A stretch of 64,000 nucleotides of DNA from Escherichia coli (GCF_013122565.1 NZ_CP053258.1); one strand, 5' to 3'; positions 34,694 to 45,067 are shown, counted from the first letter of the stretch. Numbers and translations are program-made. The notes: generated by a model from the letters alone, not told the origin.

Positions 34694-34793
34694 ACTGTGG
34701 GGTGCCTGCGTTGCTCCGGCAACACAAGCCAACCTGCTGGAAAGGCCGCGAACCAGACCAGCAATAAAAAACCGCCAAATTCGGCGGTTTTTT
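34694..34793 (+). ncRNA. Divergent small RNA (TimR/RyfB-like), copy 3
   Basis: TTGACA (34659-34664), 17-bp spacer, GAGTAT (34682-34687); terminator accgcc...ggcgg plus T6 at 34771-34793; 5-prime cactgtggggtgcctg equals mRNA-leader segment 34531-34546. Confidence 0.45.
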
Positions 34794-34809
34794 ATTGCCT
34801 GTAAAAAGC

Positions 34810-35655
34810 TTATTTCACTGGCTCAACCGGTAAATCTGCCCGCGCGCCCCATTCACTCCATGCGCCGTCGTACAGTTTCACGTTTGGCACATCCAGCGTC
34901 GCGAGTGCCAACAAAACCACGGCTGCTGTTACACCAGAGCCGCAGCTGACGATAATCGGTTTGTCATAGCTGACGCCGCGACCAAAAAATATCGCATCCA
35001 GTTCATCGGTCGTTTTTAGTTCGCCTTCGCGCACCAGTTCCGTCCACGGAACGTTCAATGCACCGGGAATATGTCCGCGACGTAAACCTGGGCGAGGTTC
35101 ATCAACTTCTGCGTTAAAACGTGCAGCCGGGCGGGCATCAACAATTTGCGCCGTATTTTCATGGCTTGCCAATAATACATCGGTTACTTTCACCACGGCT
35201 TCAGGATTAAACGCGGCGTTAAACTCTCCTTCCGGCAGCTCTACTGCACCTTCTTCTAACAACAGATCATCGCGCTGCCAGCCTGCAAGTCCACCCCCCA
35301 GAATCGACACTTTCTCTACACCAAAGGTGCGCAGCATCCACCATGCTCGTGGGGCTGAGAAAAGATTACCTTCGTCATAGACAATCAGGTGCTTATCCTG
35401 GTTAACGCCTAATTCACGCATTGCCACGGCGAACGTTTCCGGGCGCGGCAGCATGTGCGGAAGCGGGGAAGTGTGATCAGAAAGCGCTTCGATATCAAAA
35501 AACACTGCGCCGGGAATATGTCCATTCAGATACTCCTGAGCAACGTTACGATCTTCCTGTCCAGGCGACGCCATGCGGGCATCGATAATCTGAATTTCCG
35601 GGTCATCAATATGTTCGGCGAGCCAGTCGGCTCCTACAAACCATGTCGTGGACAT
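34810..35655 (-). CDS. sseA: 3-mercaptopyruvate sulfurtransferase (rhodanese family)
   Basis: Translation from internal ATG begins MSTTWFVGADWLAEHIDDPEIQIIDARM...; tandem rhodanese domains; 281 aa. Confidence 0.92.
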   Translation of the reverse strand: MSTTWFVGADWLAEHIDDPEIQIIDARMASPGQEDRNVAQEYLNGHIPGAVFFDIEALSDHTSPLPHMLPRPETFAVAMRELGVNQDKHLIVYDEGNLFSAPRAWWMLRTFGVEKVSILGGGLAGWQRDDLLLEEGAVELPEGEFNAAFNPEAVVKVTDVLLASHENTAQIVDARPAARFNAEVDEPRPGLRRGHIPGALNVPWTELVREGELKTTDELDAIFFGRGVSYDKPIIVSCGSGVTAAVVLLALATLDVPNVKLYDGAWSEWGARADLPVEPVK

Positions 35656-35861
35656 AGGCATCTCCATTTTTGCCGGGGTTAGGCTAAATTGTCGGATGTT
35701 TAGTGAAAAGCGACAAGCAAAAGAGGCTGATTTGGCTGTCTGAGCCACAATTCTCACTAAAATTCGGATTGTATGGGCGTGATACTGAATTACATAACGT
35801 AAATTCTCACGCATAATAATTATTCGACGTTGCTAACGGGCCATTGTGGCAGGGATGAAAA

Positions 35862-38800
35862 ATGAAAAAGTTACGCTTAGCCGCCTGCATGCTAATGCTG
35901 GCGCTGGCAGGGTGCGACAACAACGATAACGCGCCAACAGCGGTGAAAAAAGATGCGCCTTCTGAAGTTACTAAAGCGGCCTCTTCAGAAAACGCGAGTT
36001 CAGCAAAACTCTCCGCGCCAGAGCGACAAAAACTGGCACAACAGAGTGCCGGTAAGGCGCTGACATTGCTGGATCTCGCTGAAGTCCAACTTGATGGTGC
36101 AGCCACGCTGGTGCTGACGTTCTCCATCCCTCTCGACCCGGATCAGGATTTCTCACGCGTTATTCATGTCGTCGATAAAAAAAGCGGCAAAGTGGATGGT
36201 GCCTGGGAGCTGTCAGATAATCTTAAAGAGCTGCGTTTACGCCACCTCGAACCGAAACGTGATTTGATCGTTACTATTGGCAAGGAGGTCAAAGCACTCA
36301 ACAACGCAACCTTCAGTAAAGATTACGAAAAAACTATAACTACCCGCGACATCCAACCCAGCGTCGGTTTTGCCAGCCGTGGTTCGCTGCTGCCTGGTAA
36401 AGTCGTTGAAGGGCTGCCGGTAATGGCGCTCAACGTTAATAATGTCGATGTTAACTTCTTCCGCGTTAAGCCAGAATCTCTGCCAGCATTCATTAGCCAA
36501 TGGGAATACCGCAATTCGCTGGCGAACTGGCAGTCAGACAAACTGCTGCAGATGGCGGATCTGGTCTACACCGGACGGTTTGATCTCAATCCTGCGCGTA
36601 ACACCCGTGAAAAATTATTGCTGCCGCTGGGCGATATCAAACCGCTTCAGCAGGCGGGCGTGTATCTGGCTGTGATGAATCAGGCTGGACGTTACGATTA
36701 CAGTAATCCCGCGACGCTGTTTACGTTAAGTGATATCGGCGTTTCAGCTCACCGTTATCACAATCGTCTGGATATCTTTACCCAAAGTCTGGAAAACGGC
36801 GCGGCCCAGCAAGGAATTGAAGTCTCTTTATTAAATGAGAAAGGGCAGACTCTGACTCAGGCAACAAGTGACGCTCAGGGGCATGTGCAGCTGGAAAATG
36901 ATAAAAATGCGGCATTACTGCTGGCACGTAAAGACGGTCAGACAACGCTACTCGATTTAAAACTTCCGGCGCTGGACTTAGCAGAATTTAACATTGCTGG
37001 CGCGCCAGGCTATAGCAAACAGTTTTTCATGTTTGGCCCGCGCGATCTTTATCGCCCAGGTGAAACGGTCATCCTCAATGGTTTGCTGCGTGATGCAGAC
37101 GGTAAAGCGTTGCCCGATCAACCCATCAAGTTAGACGTGATTAAACCCGACGGGCAGGTACTCAGGAGCGTCGTTAGTCAGCCGGAGAATGGCCTCTACC
37201 ACTTAACCTGGCCACTCGATAGCAATGCGGCAACCGGTATGTGGCATATTCGCGCTAACACGGGCGATAACCAGTATCGGATGTGGGATTTCCACGTCGA
37301 AGATTTTATGCCAGAGCGCATGGCGCTGAATCTGACCGGTGAGAAAACCCCGCTTATGCCGAAAGATGAAGTGAAATTCTCCGTGGTGGGGTACTACCTG
37401 TACGGTGCACCTGCTAATGGTAATACTTTGCAAGGGCAACTTTTCCTGCGCCCACTGCGTGACGCTGTGTCAGCCTTACCTGGTTTTGAATTCGGCGATA
37501 TAGCTGCCGAAAACCTTTCCCGCACGCTGGATGAAGTTCAGTTGACGCTGGATGATAAAGGGCGCGGCGAAGTTTCTACAGAAAGCCAGTGGAAGGAAAC
37601 GCATTCCCCATTACAGGTTATTTTCCAGGGTAGTTTGCTGGAATCGGGCGGTCGCCCGGTGACGCGCCGCGCTGAGCAGGCTATCTGGCCTGCCGATGCA
37701 TTGCCGGGGATCCGTCCGCAGTTCGCCTCGAAATCGGTTTACGATTATCGCACTGACAGCACGGTGAAACAGCTCATTGTTGATGAAGGCAGTAACGCCG
37801 CTTTTGACATCGTTTATAGCGATGCGCAAGGCGTGAAAAAAGCTGTGTCGGGCTTGCAAGTGCGCCTGATTCGCGAACGCCGTGATTACTACTGGAACTG
37901 GTCAGAAGATGAAGGCTGGCAGTCACAGTTTGATCAAAAAGATCTGATCGAAAATGAACAAACTCTGGATCTTCAGGCGGATGAAACCGGTAAGGTCAGT
38001 TTCCCGGTAGAGTGGGGCGCTTATCGTCTGGAAGTCAAAGCGCCGAATGAAGCGGTCAGTAGCGTGCGTTTCTGGGCTGGCTATAGCTGGCAGGACAACA
38101 GCGACGGGAGCGGTACCGTGCGACCCGACCGTGTCACGCTGAAACTGGATAAAGCCAGTTATCGCCCTGGCGATACCATCAAGTTGCATATTGCCGCGCC
38201 AACGGCGGGTAAAGGTTATGCGATGGTCGAGTCCAGTGAAGGGCCGCTGTGGTGGCAAGAGATTGATGTTCCGGCTCAAGGGCTAGATCTGACGATTCCG
38301 GTCGATAAAACCTGGCATCGTCATGATCTGTATTTAAGTACACTGGTGGTACGTCCTGGCGATAAATCTCGCTCCGCGACGCCAAAACGCGCGGTTGGGG
38401 TGTTGCATCTTCCGCTTGGTGATGAAAACCGTCGCCTCGATCTGGCGCTGGAAACACCAGCAAAAATGCGTCCCAATCAGCCATTAACCGTGAAAATTAA
38501 AGCCAGCAATAAAAATGGTGAGATGCCAAAACAGGTGAATGTGCTGGTGTCTGCCGTTGATAGCGGTGTGCTGAATATTACTGACTACGTTACCCCCGAT
38601 CCGTGGCAGGCGTTCTTTGGTCAGAAACGCTATGGTGCAGACATTTACGATATTTACGGTCAGGTCATTGAAGGTCAGGGGCGTCTGGCAGCTCTGCGTT
38701 TTGGTGGCGATGGTGATGAGCTGAAACGTGGTGGTAAACCGCCGGTCAATCACGTCAATATTGTCGCGCAGCAGGCGCTGCCGGTAACGCTCAATGAACA

Positions 38801-40823
38801 GGGCGAAGGCTCGGTTACACTGCCAATTGGCGATTTTAACGGTGAATTACGCGTCATGGCGCAAGCCTGGACGGCAGATGACTTCGGTAGCAACGAAAGC
38901 AAAGTGATAGTTGCCGCACCGGTGATTGCTGAACTGAACATGCCGCGCTTTATGGCGAGTGGCGATACCTCGCGTCTGACGCTGGATATCACTAATCTTA
39001 CCGATAAACCGCAAAAACTGAACGTTGCCCTGACCGCCAGTGGTTTGCTTGAACTGGTCAGCGATTCACCCGCAGCCGTTGAATTAGCGCCAGGTGTGCG
39101 TACTACGCTGTTTATCCCGGTGCGAGCATTGCCGGGTTATGGCGATGGAGAAATTCAGGCCACCATTAGCGGGTTAGCGTTACCGGGTGAAACCGTTGCC
39201 GATCAGCATAAGCAGTGGAAAATCGGCGTCCGTCCGGCGTTCCCGGCACAAACGGTTAATGACGGTACGGCGTTGCAGCCTGGTGAGTCATGGGCGATTC
39301 CGGCGGATGGATTGCAAAACTTCTCGCCTGTTACGCTGGAAGGGCAATTGTTGTTGAGCGGCAAACCACCGCTGAACATCGCACGTTATATCAAAGAGTT
39401 AAAAGCGTATCCGTACGGCTGTCTCGAGCAAACCGCCAGCGGCCTGTTCCCGTCACTTTATACCAACGCAGCCCAACTGCAGGCGTTGGGCATCAAAGGC
39501 GACAGTGATGAGAAACGCCGTGCATCGGTCGATATCGGCATTTCCCGTTTGCTGCAAATGCAACGTGATAACGGCGGCTTTGCGCTGTGGGATAAAAACG
39601 GTGACGAAGAGTACTGGCTGACGGCTTACGTGATGGATTTCCTGGTCCGCGCAGGCGAACAGGGTTACAGCGTGCCGACAGACGCCATTAACCGGGGTAA
39701 TGAGCGTCTGCTGCGCTATTTACAAGATCCGGGCATGATGTCGATCCCGTACGCGGATAATCTCAAAGCCAGTAAATTCGCCGTACAGTCTTACGCTGCG
39801 CTGGTGTTGGCCCGTCAGCAAAAGGCTCCACTGGGTGCGCTGCGTGAAATCTGGGAGCATCGTGCAGATGCCGCTTCTGGTTTACCGCTGCTGCAACTTG
39901 GCGTTGCGCTGAAAACCATGGGTGATGCAACGCGTGGTGAAGAAGCGATTGTGCTGGCGCTGAAAACGCAGAGAAATAGTGATGAGCGGATATGGCTGGG
40001 TGATTACGGTAGTCCACTGCGCGACAACGCGTTAATGCTCTCCTTGCTGGAAGAAAATAAACTGCTACCCGATGAGCAGTACACTTTGCTGAACACACTT
40101 TCGCAGCAGGCGTTTGGTGAACGCTGGCTATCGACGCAGGAAAGTAACGCGTTGTTCCTGGCTGCCCGTACGATTCAGGATTTACCGGGTAAATGGCAGG
40201 CGCAAACCTCTTTCTCATCTGAGCCGCTGATAGGCGAGAAAGCGCAAAACAGCACTCTGAATAGCGATCAACTTGCCACCTTGCAGGTGACCAACAGTGG
40301 CGATCAGCCGTTATGGCTGCGTGTGGATGCCAGCGGTTATCCGCAATCCGCACCTTTACCGGCGAACAATGTGCTGCAAATCGAGCGTCATATTCTTGGT
40401 ACTGATGGTAAGAGCAAATCGCTGGACTCGTTACGTAGCGGCGATCTGGTGCTGGTCTGGTTGCAGGTAAAAGCCAGTAACAGCGTGCCAGATGCGTTAG
40501 TCGTGGATTTGCTGCCTGCGGGTCTGGAACTGGAAAACCAGAATCTGGCGAACGGTAGCGCCAGCCTGGAGCAAAGTGGTGGCGAAGTGCAAAACTTACT
40601 GAACCAGATGCAGCAGGCGAGTATTAAGCACATTGAGTTCCGTGACGATCGCTTTGTGGCGGCGGTTGCCGTTGATGAATACCAACCGGTAACGCTGGTG
40701 TATCTGGCGCGGGCGGTGACGCCGGGAACGTATCAGGTACCGCAACCGATGGTGGAATCAATGTATGTTCCCCAATGGCGGGCGACTGGCGCGGCTGAAG
40801 ATCTGCTGATTGTCAGACCGTAA
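35862..40823 (+). CDS. yfhM: Alpha-2-macroglobulin family lipoprotein
   Basis: Lipoprotein signal MKKLRLAACMLMLALAGC; thioester motif GCLEQ (about 39420); 1653 aa. Confidence 0.93.
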   Translation: MKKLRLAACMLMLALAGCDNNDNAPTAVKKDAPSEVTKAASSENASSAKLSAPERQKLAQQSAGKALTLLDLAEVQLDGAATLVLTFSIPLDPDQDFSRVIHVVDKKSGKVDGAWELSDNLKELRLRHLEPKRDLIVTIGKEVKALNNATFSKDYEKTITTRDIQPSVGFASRGSLLPGKVVEGLPVMALNVNNVDVNFFRVKPESLPAFISQWEYRNSLANWQSDKLLQMADLVYTGRFDLNPARNTREKLLLPLGDIKPLQQAGVYLAVMNQAGRYDYSNPATLFTLSDIGVSAHRYHNRLDIFTQSLENGAAQQGIEVSLLNEKGQTLTQATSDAQGHVQLENDKNAALLLARKDGQTTLLDLKLPALDLAEFNIAGAPGYSKQFFMFGPRDLYRPGETVILNGLLRDADGKALPDQPIKLDVIKPDGQVLRSVVSQPENGLYHLTWPLDSNAATGMWHIRANTGDNQYRMWDFHVEDFMPERMALNLTGEKTPLMPKDEVKFSVVGYYLYGAPANGNTLQGQLFLRPLRDAVSALPGFEFGDIAAENLSRTLDEVQLTLDDKGRGEVSTESQWKETHSPLQVIFQGSLLESGGRPVTRRAEQAIWPADALPGIRPQFASKSVYDYRTDSTVKQLIVDEGSNAAFDIVYSDAQGVKKAVSGLQVRLIRERRDYYWNWSEDEGWQSQFDQKDLIENEQTLDLQADETGKVSFPVEWGAYRLEVKAPNEAVSSVRFWAGYSWQDNSDGSGTVRPDRVTLKLDKASYRPGDTIKLHIAAPTAGKGYAMVESSEGPLWWQEIDVPAQGLDLTIPVDKTWHRHDLYLSTLVVRPGDKSRSATPKRAVGVLHLPLGDENRRLDLALETPAKMRPNQPLTVKIKASNKNGEMPKQVNVLVSAVDSGVLNITDYVTPDPWQAFFGQKRYGADIYDIYGQVIEGQGRLAALRFGGDGDELKRGGKPPVNHVNIVAQQALPVTLNEQGEGSVTLPIGDFNGELRVMAQAWTADDFGSNESKVIVAAPVIAELNMPRFMASGDTSRLTLDITNLTDKPQKLNVALTASGLLELVSDSPAAVELAPGVRTTLFIPVRALPGYGDGEIQATISGLALPGETVADQHKQWKIGVRPAFPAQTVNDGTALQPGESWAIPADGLQNFSPVTLEGQLLLSGKPPLNIARYIKELKAYPYGCLEQTASGLFPSLYTNAAQLQALGIKGDSDEKRRASVDIGISRLLQMQRDNGGFALWDKNGDEEYWLTAYVMDFLVRAGEQGYSVPTDAINRGNERLLRYLQDPGMMSIPYADNLKASKFAVQSYAALVLARQQKAPLGALREIWEHRADAASGLPLLQLGVALKTMGDATRGEEAIVLALKTQRNSDERIWLGDYGSPLRDNALMLSLLEENKLLPDEQYTLLNTLSQQAFGERWLSTQESNALFLAARTIQDLPGKWQAQTSFSSEPLIGEKAQNSTLNSDQLATLQVTNSGDQPLWLRVDASGYPQSAPLPANNVLQIERHILGTDGKSKSLDSLRSGDLVLVWLQVKASNSVPDALVVDLLPAGLELENQNLANGSASLEQSGGEVQNLLNQMQQASIKHIEFRDDRFVAAVAVDEYQPVTLVYLARAVTPGTYQVPQPMVESMYVPQWRATGAAEDLLIVRP

Positions 40824-43136
40824 ATGCCTCGCCTGTTAACCAAACGCGGCTGCTGGATAACGCTGGCAGCTGCGCCCTTTCTCCTTTTTCTTGCAGCGTG
40901 GGGAGCAGATAAACTCTGGCCTCTACCGCTGCATGAAGTCAATCCCGCACGAGTGGTCGTGGCGCAGGATGGTACGCCGCTCTGGCGCTTCGCCGATGCT
41001 GACGGCATCTGGCGTTATCCGGTAACAATCGAAGATGTTTCTCCACGTTACCTTGAAGCGCTGATCAATTATGAAGATCGCTGGTTCTGGAAGCATCCGG
41101 GGGTGAATCCATTCTCGGTGGCGCGCGCAGCATGGCAAGATCTCACTTCGGGACGGGTTATTTCCGGTGGCAGCACGCTCACTATGCAGGTTGCTCGTCT
41201 GCTTGATCCTCACCCCAAAACATTTGGCGGCAAAATTCGCCAGCTCTGGCGCGCGTTGCAACTGGAGTGGCATTTGTCTAAGCGTGAAATTCTGACCTTG
41301 TATCTTAACCGCGCTCCGTTTGGCGGTACGTTGCAGGGGATCGGTGCGGCAAGTTGGGCTTATCTCGGAAAATCGTCTGCGAATTTAAGCTATTCCGAGG
41401 CGGCAATGCTGGCGGTGTTGCCGCAAGCGCCCAGCCGACTGCGCCCGGATCGCTGGCCGGAACGTGCCGAAGCCGCGCGTAATAAAGTGCTCGAACGGAT
41501 GGCTGCGCAAGGTGTGTGGTCCCGTGAGCAGGTAAAAGAGTCAAGGGAAGAACCCATCTGGCTGGCACCCCGACAAATGCCGCAACTGGCACCGCTGTTT
41601 TCGCGCATGATGCTCGGTAAAAGCAAAAGCGACAAAATTGTTACTACGCTGGATGCCGGTCTTCAACGACGTCTGGAAGAACTGGCGCAAAACTGGAAAG
41701 GACGATTACCACCGAGCAGCTCACTGGCGATGATCGTGGTTGATCATACCGATATGCGTGTTCGCGGCTGGGTGGGATCGGTTGATCTCAACGATGATTC
41801 ACGCTTTGGTCATGTCGATATGGTCAATGCGATCCGATCGCCAGGATCGGTGCTCAAACCGTTTGTTTATGGTCTGGCGCTGGATGAAGGCTTGATCCAC
41901 CCGGCATCACTGCTGCAAGACGTCCCCCGGCGCACCGGTGATTATCGACCAGGTAATTTTGATGGCGGTTTTCATGGCCCGATCAGCATGAGCGAGGCGC
42001 TGGTGCGCTCGCTGAATTTACCTGCTGTGCAGGTGCTGGAAGCCTATGGCCCGAAACGGTTTGCGGCAAAGTTACGCAATGTTGGATTGCCGTTATATTT
42101 GCCCAACGGTGCTGCGCCGAATCTTTCACTCATACTCGGCGGCGCTGGTGCAAAACTGGAAGATATGGCGGCAGCGTATACCGCGTTTGCTCGCCACGGC
42201 AAGGCAGGCAAATTGCGCTTACAGCCTGACGATCCGCTGCTTGAACGGCCTTTAATGTCGTCGGGGGCGGCGTGGATCATTCGCCGGATTATGGCTGATG
42301 AAGCGCAACCCTTGCCGGATAGTGCCTTGCCGCGCGTCGCCCCACTGGCATGGAAAACGGGCACCAGCTATGGCTATCGTGATGCCTGGGCGATTGGGGT
42401 TAACGCTCGCTATGTCATTGGGATCTGGACTGGCAGACCGGATGGCACGCCCGTTGTTGGTCAGTTTGGCTTTGCCAGCGCCGTACCGCTGTTGAATCAG
42501 GTTAATAATATCTTATTGTCGCGCAGTGCTAATCTGCCGGAAGACCCGCGCCCGAACTCAGTCACTCGTGGCGTTATCTGCTGGCCGGGCGGACAGTCTT
42601 TGCCGGAAGGTGACGGTAACTGTCGCCGCCGCCTGGCAACCTGGTTGCTGGACGGGAGCCAGCCGCCAACTCTATTACTGCCGGAGCAGGAAGGCATTAA
42701 TGGCATTCGTTTTCCCATCTGGCTGGATGAAAACGGCAAACGTGTTGCCGCTGATTGCCCTCAGGCGCGACAAGAAATGATAAATGTCTGGCCGCTACCG
42801 CTGGAACCCTGGTTGCCCGCATCAGAACGCCGCGCTGTGCGCTTACCACCGGCCTCGACAATTTGCCCGCCATACGGTCACGATGCACAACTCCCGCTGC
42901 AGCTGACAGGCGTTCGCGATGGCGCGATTATTAAACGTTTACCGGGCGCAGCAGAAGCGACTTTGCCGGTGCAATCAAGTGGAGGAGCAGGTGAACGCTG
43001 GTGGTTTCTGAATGGCGAACCGTTAACTGAACGCGGGCGCAACGTGACCCTGCATTTGATGGATAAAGGCGATTATCAATTGCTGGTGATGGATGAGGTG
43101 GGGCAAATCGCGACAGTGAAATTTGTCATGCAATAG
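40824..43136 (+). CDS. pbpC: Penicillin-binding protein 1C (transglycosylase/transpeptidase)
   Basis: 770 aa; glycosyltransferase family 51 N-terminal region plus transpeptidase region; start ATG immediately follows the yfhM stop. Confidence 0.93.
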   Translation: MPRLLTKRGCWITLAAAPFLLFLAAWGADKLWPLPLHEVNPARVVVAQDGTPLWRFADADGIWRYPVTIEDVSPRYLEALINYEDRWFWKHPGVNPFSVARAAWQDLTSGRVISGGSTLTMQVARLLDPHPKTFGGKIRQLWRALQLEWHLSKREILTLYLNRAPFGGTLQGIGAASWAYLGKSSANLSYSEAAMLAVLPQAPSRLRPDRWPERAEAARNKVLERMAAQGVWSREQVKESREEPIWLAPRQMPQLAPLFSRMMLGKSKSDKIVTTLDAGLQRRLEELAQNWKGRLPPSSSLAMIVVDHTDMRVRGWVGSVDLNDDSRFGHVDMVNAIRSPGSVLKPFVYGLALDEGLIHPASLLQDVPRRTGDYRPGNFDGGFHGPISMSEALVRSLNLPAVQVLEAYGPKRFAAKLRNVGLPLYLPNGAAPNLSLILGGAGAKLEDMAAAYTAFARHGKAGKLRLQPDDPLLERPLMSSGAAWIIRRIMADEAQPLPDSALPRVAPLAWKTGTSYGYRDAWAIGVNARYVIGIWTGRPDGTPVVGQFGFASAVPLLNQVNNILLSRSANLPEDPRPNSVTRGVICWPGGQSLPEGDGNCRRRLATWLLDGSQPPTLLLPEQEGINGIRFPIWLDENGKRVAADCPQARQEMINVWPLPLEPWLPASERRAVRLPPASTICPPYGHDAQLPLQLTGVRDGAIIKRLPGAAEATLPVQSSGGAGERWWFLNGEPLTERGRNVTLHLMDKGDYQLLVMDEVGQIATVKFVMQ

Positions 43137-43284
43137 TCTGTTTTGTCCCTGATTGTTGCTTAAACTGGGTTTATTTTAAAAAAATGTTACCTTCAGCAAT
43201 AGTCAACGGCCCTGTTGCTCATTATAATCCGCGCCATCTCGTACGCTGGTACAGACAACAACAGAACAATTTACAGAGGTAAAC

Positions 43285-43716
43285 ATGGCTATTGAACGTA
43301 CTTTTTCCATCATCAAACCGAACGCGGTAGCAAAAAACGTCATTGGTAATATCTTTGCGCGCTTTGAAGCTGCAGGGTTCAAAATTGTCGGCACCAAAAT
43401 GCTGCACCTGACCGTTGAACAGGCTCGTGGCTTTTATGCTGAACACGATGGAAAACCGTTCTTTGATGGTCTGGTTGAATTCATGACCTCTGGCCCGATC
43501 GTGGTTTCCGTGCTGGAAGGTGAAAACGCCGTTCAGCGTCACCGCGATCTGCTGGGCGCGACCAATCCGGCAAACGCACTGGCCGGTACTCTGCGCGCTG
43601 ATTACGCTGACAGCCTGACCGAAAATGGTACCCACGGTTCTGATTCCGTCGAATCTGCCGCTCGCGAAATCGCTTATTTTTTCGGCGAAGGCGAAGTGTG
43701 CCCGCGCACCCGTTAA
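43285..43716 (+). CDS. ndk: Nucleoside diphosphate kinase
   Basis: [28 protein letters not shown]... with active-site NGTHGSDS; 143 aa. Confidence 0.97.
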
Positions 43717-43775
43717 TAATTTCGTAAATGCCGCGTGCAAACGTGGCATCCGTGCGCCAGAATTTGTACAATGAA

Positions 43776-43819
43776 GCGCCCCCGGACGAGCAGCCGCTCA
43801 CCGGGGCGTTTCTTTTTTC
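43776..43819 (+). terminator. Rho-independent terminator downstream of ndk
   Basis: GC-rich stem gcgcccccgg...ccggggcg followed by tttcttttttc. Confidence 0.7.
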
Positions 43820-43865
43820 AACCCTCCAGGGGCCATAACGTGTAATAACGAGGCCGGAATAGCAT

Positions 43866-45020
43866 ATGTCTGAACAATTAGTCACACCTGAAAACGTCAC
43901 CACGAAAGATGGAAAAATCAACCTGCTGGATCTCAACCGTCAGCAGATGCGGGAGTTTTTTAAAGATTTAGGTGAAAAACCCTTCCGCGCCGATCAGGTG
44001 ATGAAGTGGATGTATCACTATTGCTGCGACAACTTTGATGAGATGACCGACATCAACAAAGTGTTGCGCGGCAAACTGAAAGAGGTGGCGGAGATCCGCG
44101 CACCGGAAGTGGTTGAAGAACAGCGTTCATCTGACGGCACCATTAAATGGGCGATCGCCGTTGGCGATCAGCGCGTCGAAACGGTGTATATCCCGGAAGA
44201 CGACCGTGCCACGCTCTGCGTCTCTTCGCAGGTGGGGTGTGCGCTGGAGTGTAAATTCTGTTCCACCGCCCAGCAGGGCTTTAACCGCAACCTGCGGGTA
44301 TCGGAAATTATCGGTCAGGTGTGGCGTGCGGCGAAAATCGTCGGCGCAGCAAAAGTCACCGGTCAGCGCCCAATCACTAACGTAGTGATGATGGGCATGG
44401 GCGAGCCGCTGCTCAACCTGAACAACGTCGTTCCGGCGATGGAAATCATGCTTGATGATTTCGGTTTTGGCCTGTCTAAACGTCGCGTCACGCTTTCTAC
44501 TTCCGGTGTAGTTCCGGCGCTGGATAAACTGGGCGATATGATCGACGTTGCACTGGCAATTTCCCTGCACGCGCCGAACGACGAAATTCGTGACGAAATT
44601 GTGCCGATCAACAAAAAGTACAATATCGAAACGTTCCTTGCTGCGGTGCGCCGTTATCTGGAGAAATCCAACGCCAATCAGGGCCGAGTCACTATTGAAT
44701 ACGTGATGCTTGACCACGTTAACGACGGCACTGAACACGCGCACCAACTGGCGGAACTGCTGAAAGATACGCCGTGTAAGATCAACCTGATCCCGTGGAA
44801 CCCGTTCCCGGGTGCGCCGTATGGACGCAGCTCGAACAGCCGTATCGACCGTTTCTCAAAAGTGCTGATGAGCTACGGTTTCACCACTATTGTGCGTAAA
44901 ACTCGTGGTGATGATATCGATGCTGCCTGTGGTCAGTTGGCGGGCGATGTTATCGACCGTACAAAACGTACCCTGCGTAAACGGATGCAGGGTGAAGCCA
45001 TCGACATTAAAGCGGTCTGA
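43866..45020 (+). CDS. rlmN: 23S rRNA m2A2503 / tRNA m2A37 methyltransferase, radical SAM
   Basis: Radical SAM motif [10 protein letters not shown]; 384 aa. Confidence 0.95.
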
Positions 45021-45025
45021 TAGCC

Positions 45026-45067
45026 ATTACGCCACGGTTACTTTATGTACCGTGGCGTAATGTTTTA
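45026..45067 (+). terminator. Stem-loop terminator downstream of rlmN
   Basis: 13-bp stem attacgccacggt / accgtggcgtaat, 10-nt loop, followed by gtttta. Confidence 0.55.

Larger units (their letters stand above)
32875..34800. repeat. Tandem array of three ~680-bp ryfA-like units (unit 3 lacks the AT-rich spacer)
   Basis: Identical 20-mer tcttcattgtgcggtccatg at 33101, 33779 and 34461 (periods 678 and 682 bp); each unit repeats the toxin ORF and the divergent sRNA; units 2 and 3 also repeat the last ~76 bp of sseB and its terminator. Confidence 0.92.

Noticed and set aside
32875-34800. Possibility that the tandem repeats are a CRISPR array
   Set aside because: Repeat unit is ~680 bp with internal genes, not 28-37 bp direct repeats separated by unique spacers; no cas genes nearby.
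35807-36127. 106-aa minus-strand ORF across the sseA-yfhM spacer and yfhM 5-prime end
   Set aside because: Overlaps the well-supported yfhM lipoprotein signal region in antisense; Ala/Ser-rich low-complexity translation.
43222-43749. 175-aa minus-strand ORF spanning ndk
   Set aside because: Fully antisense to ndk, whose frame is perfectly conserved; spurious.
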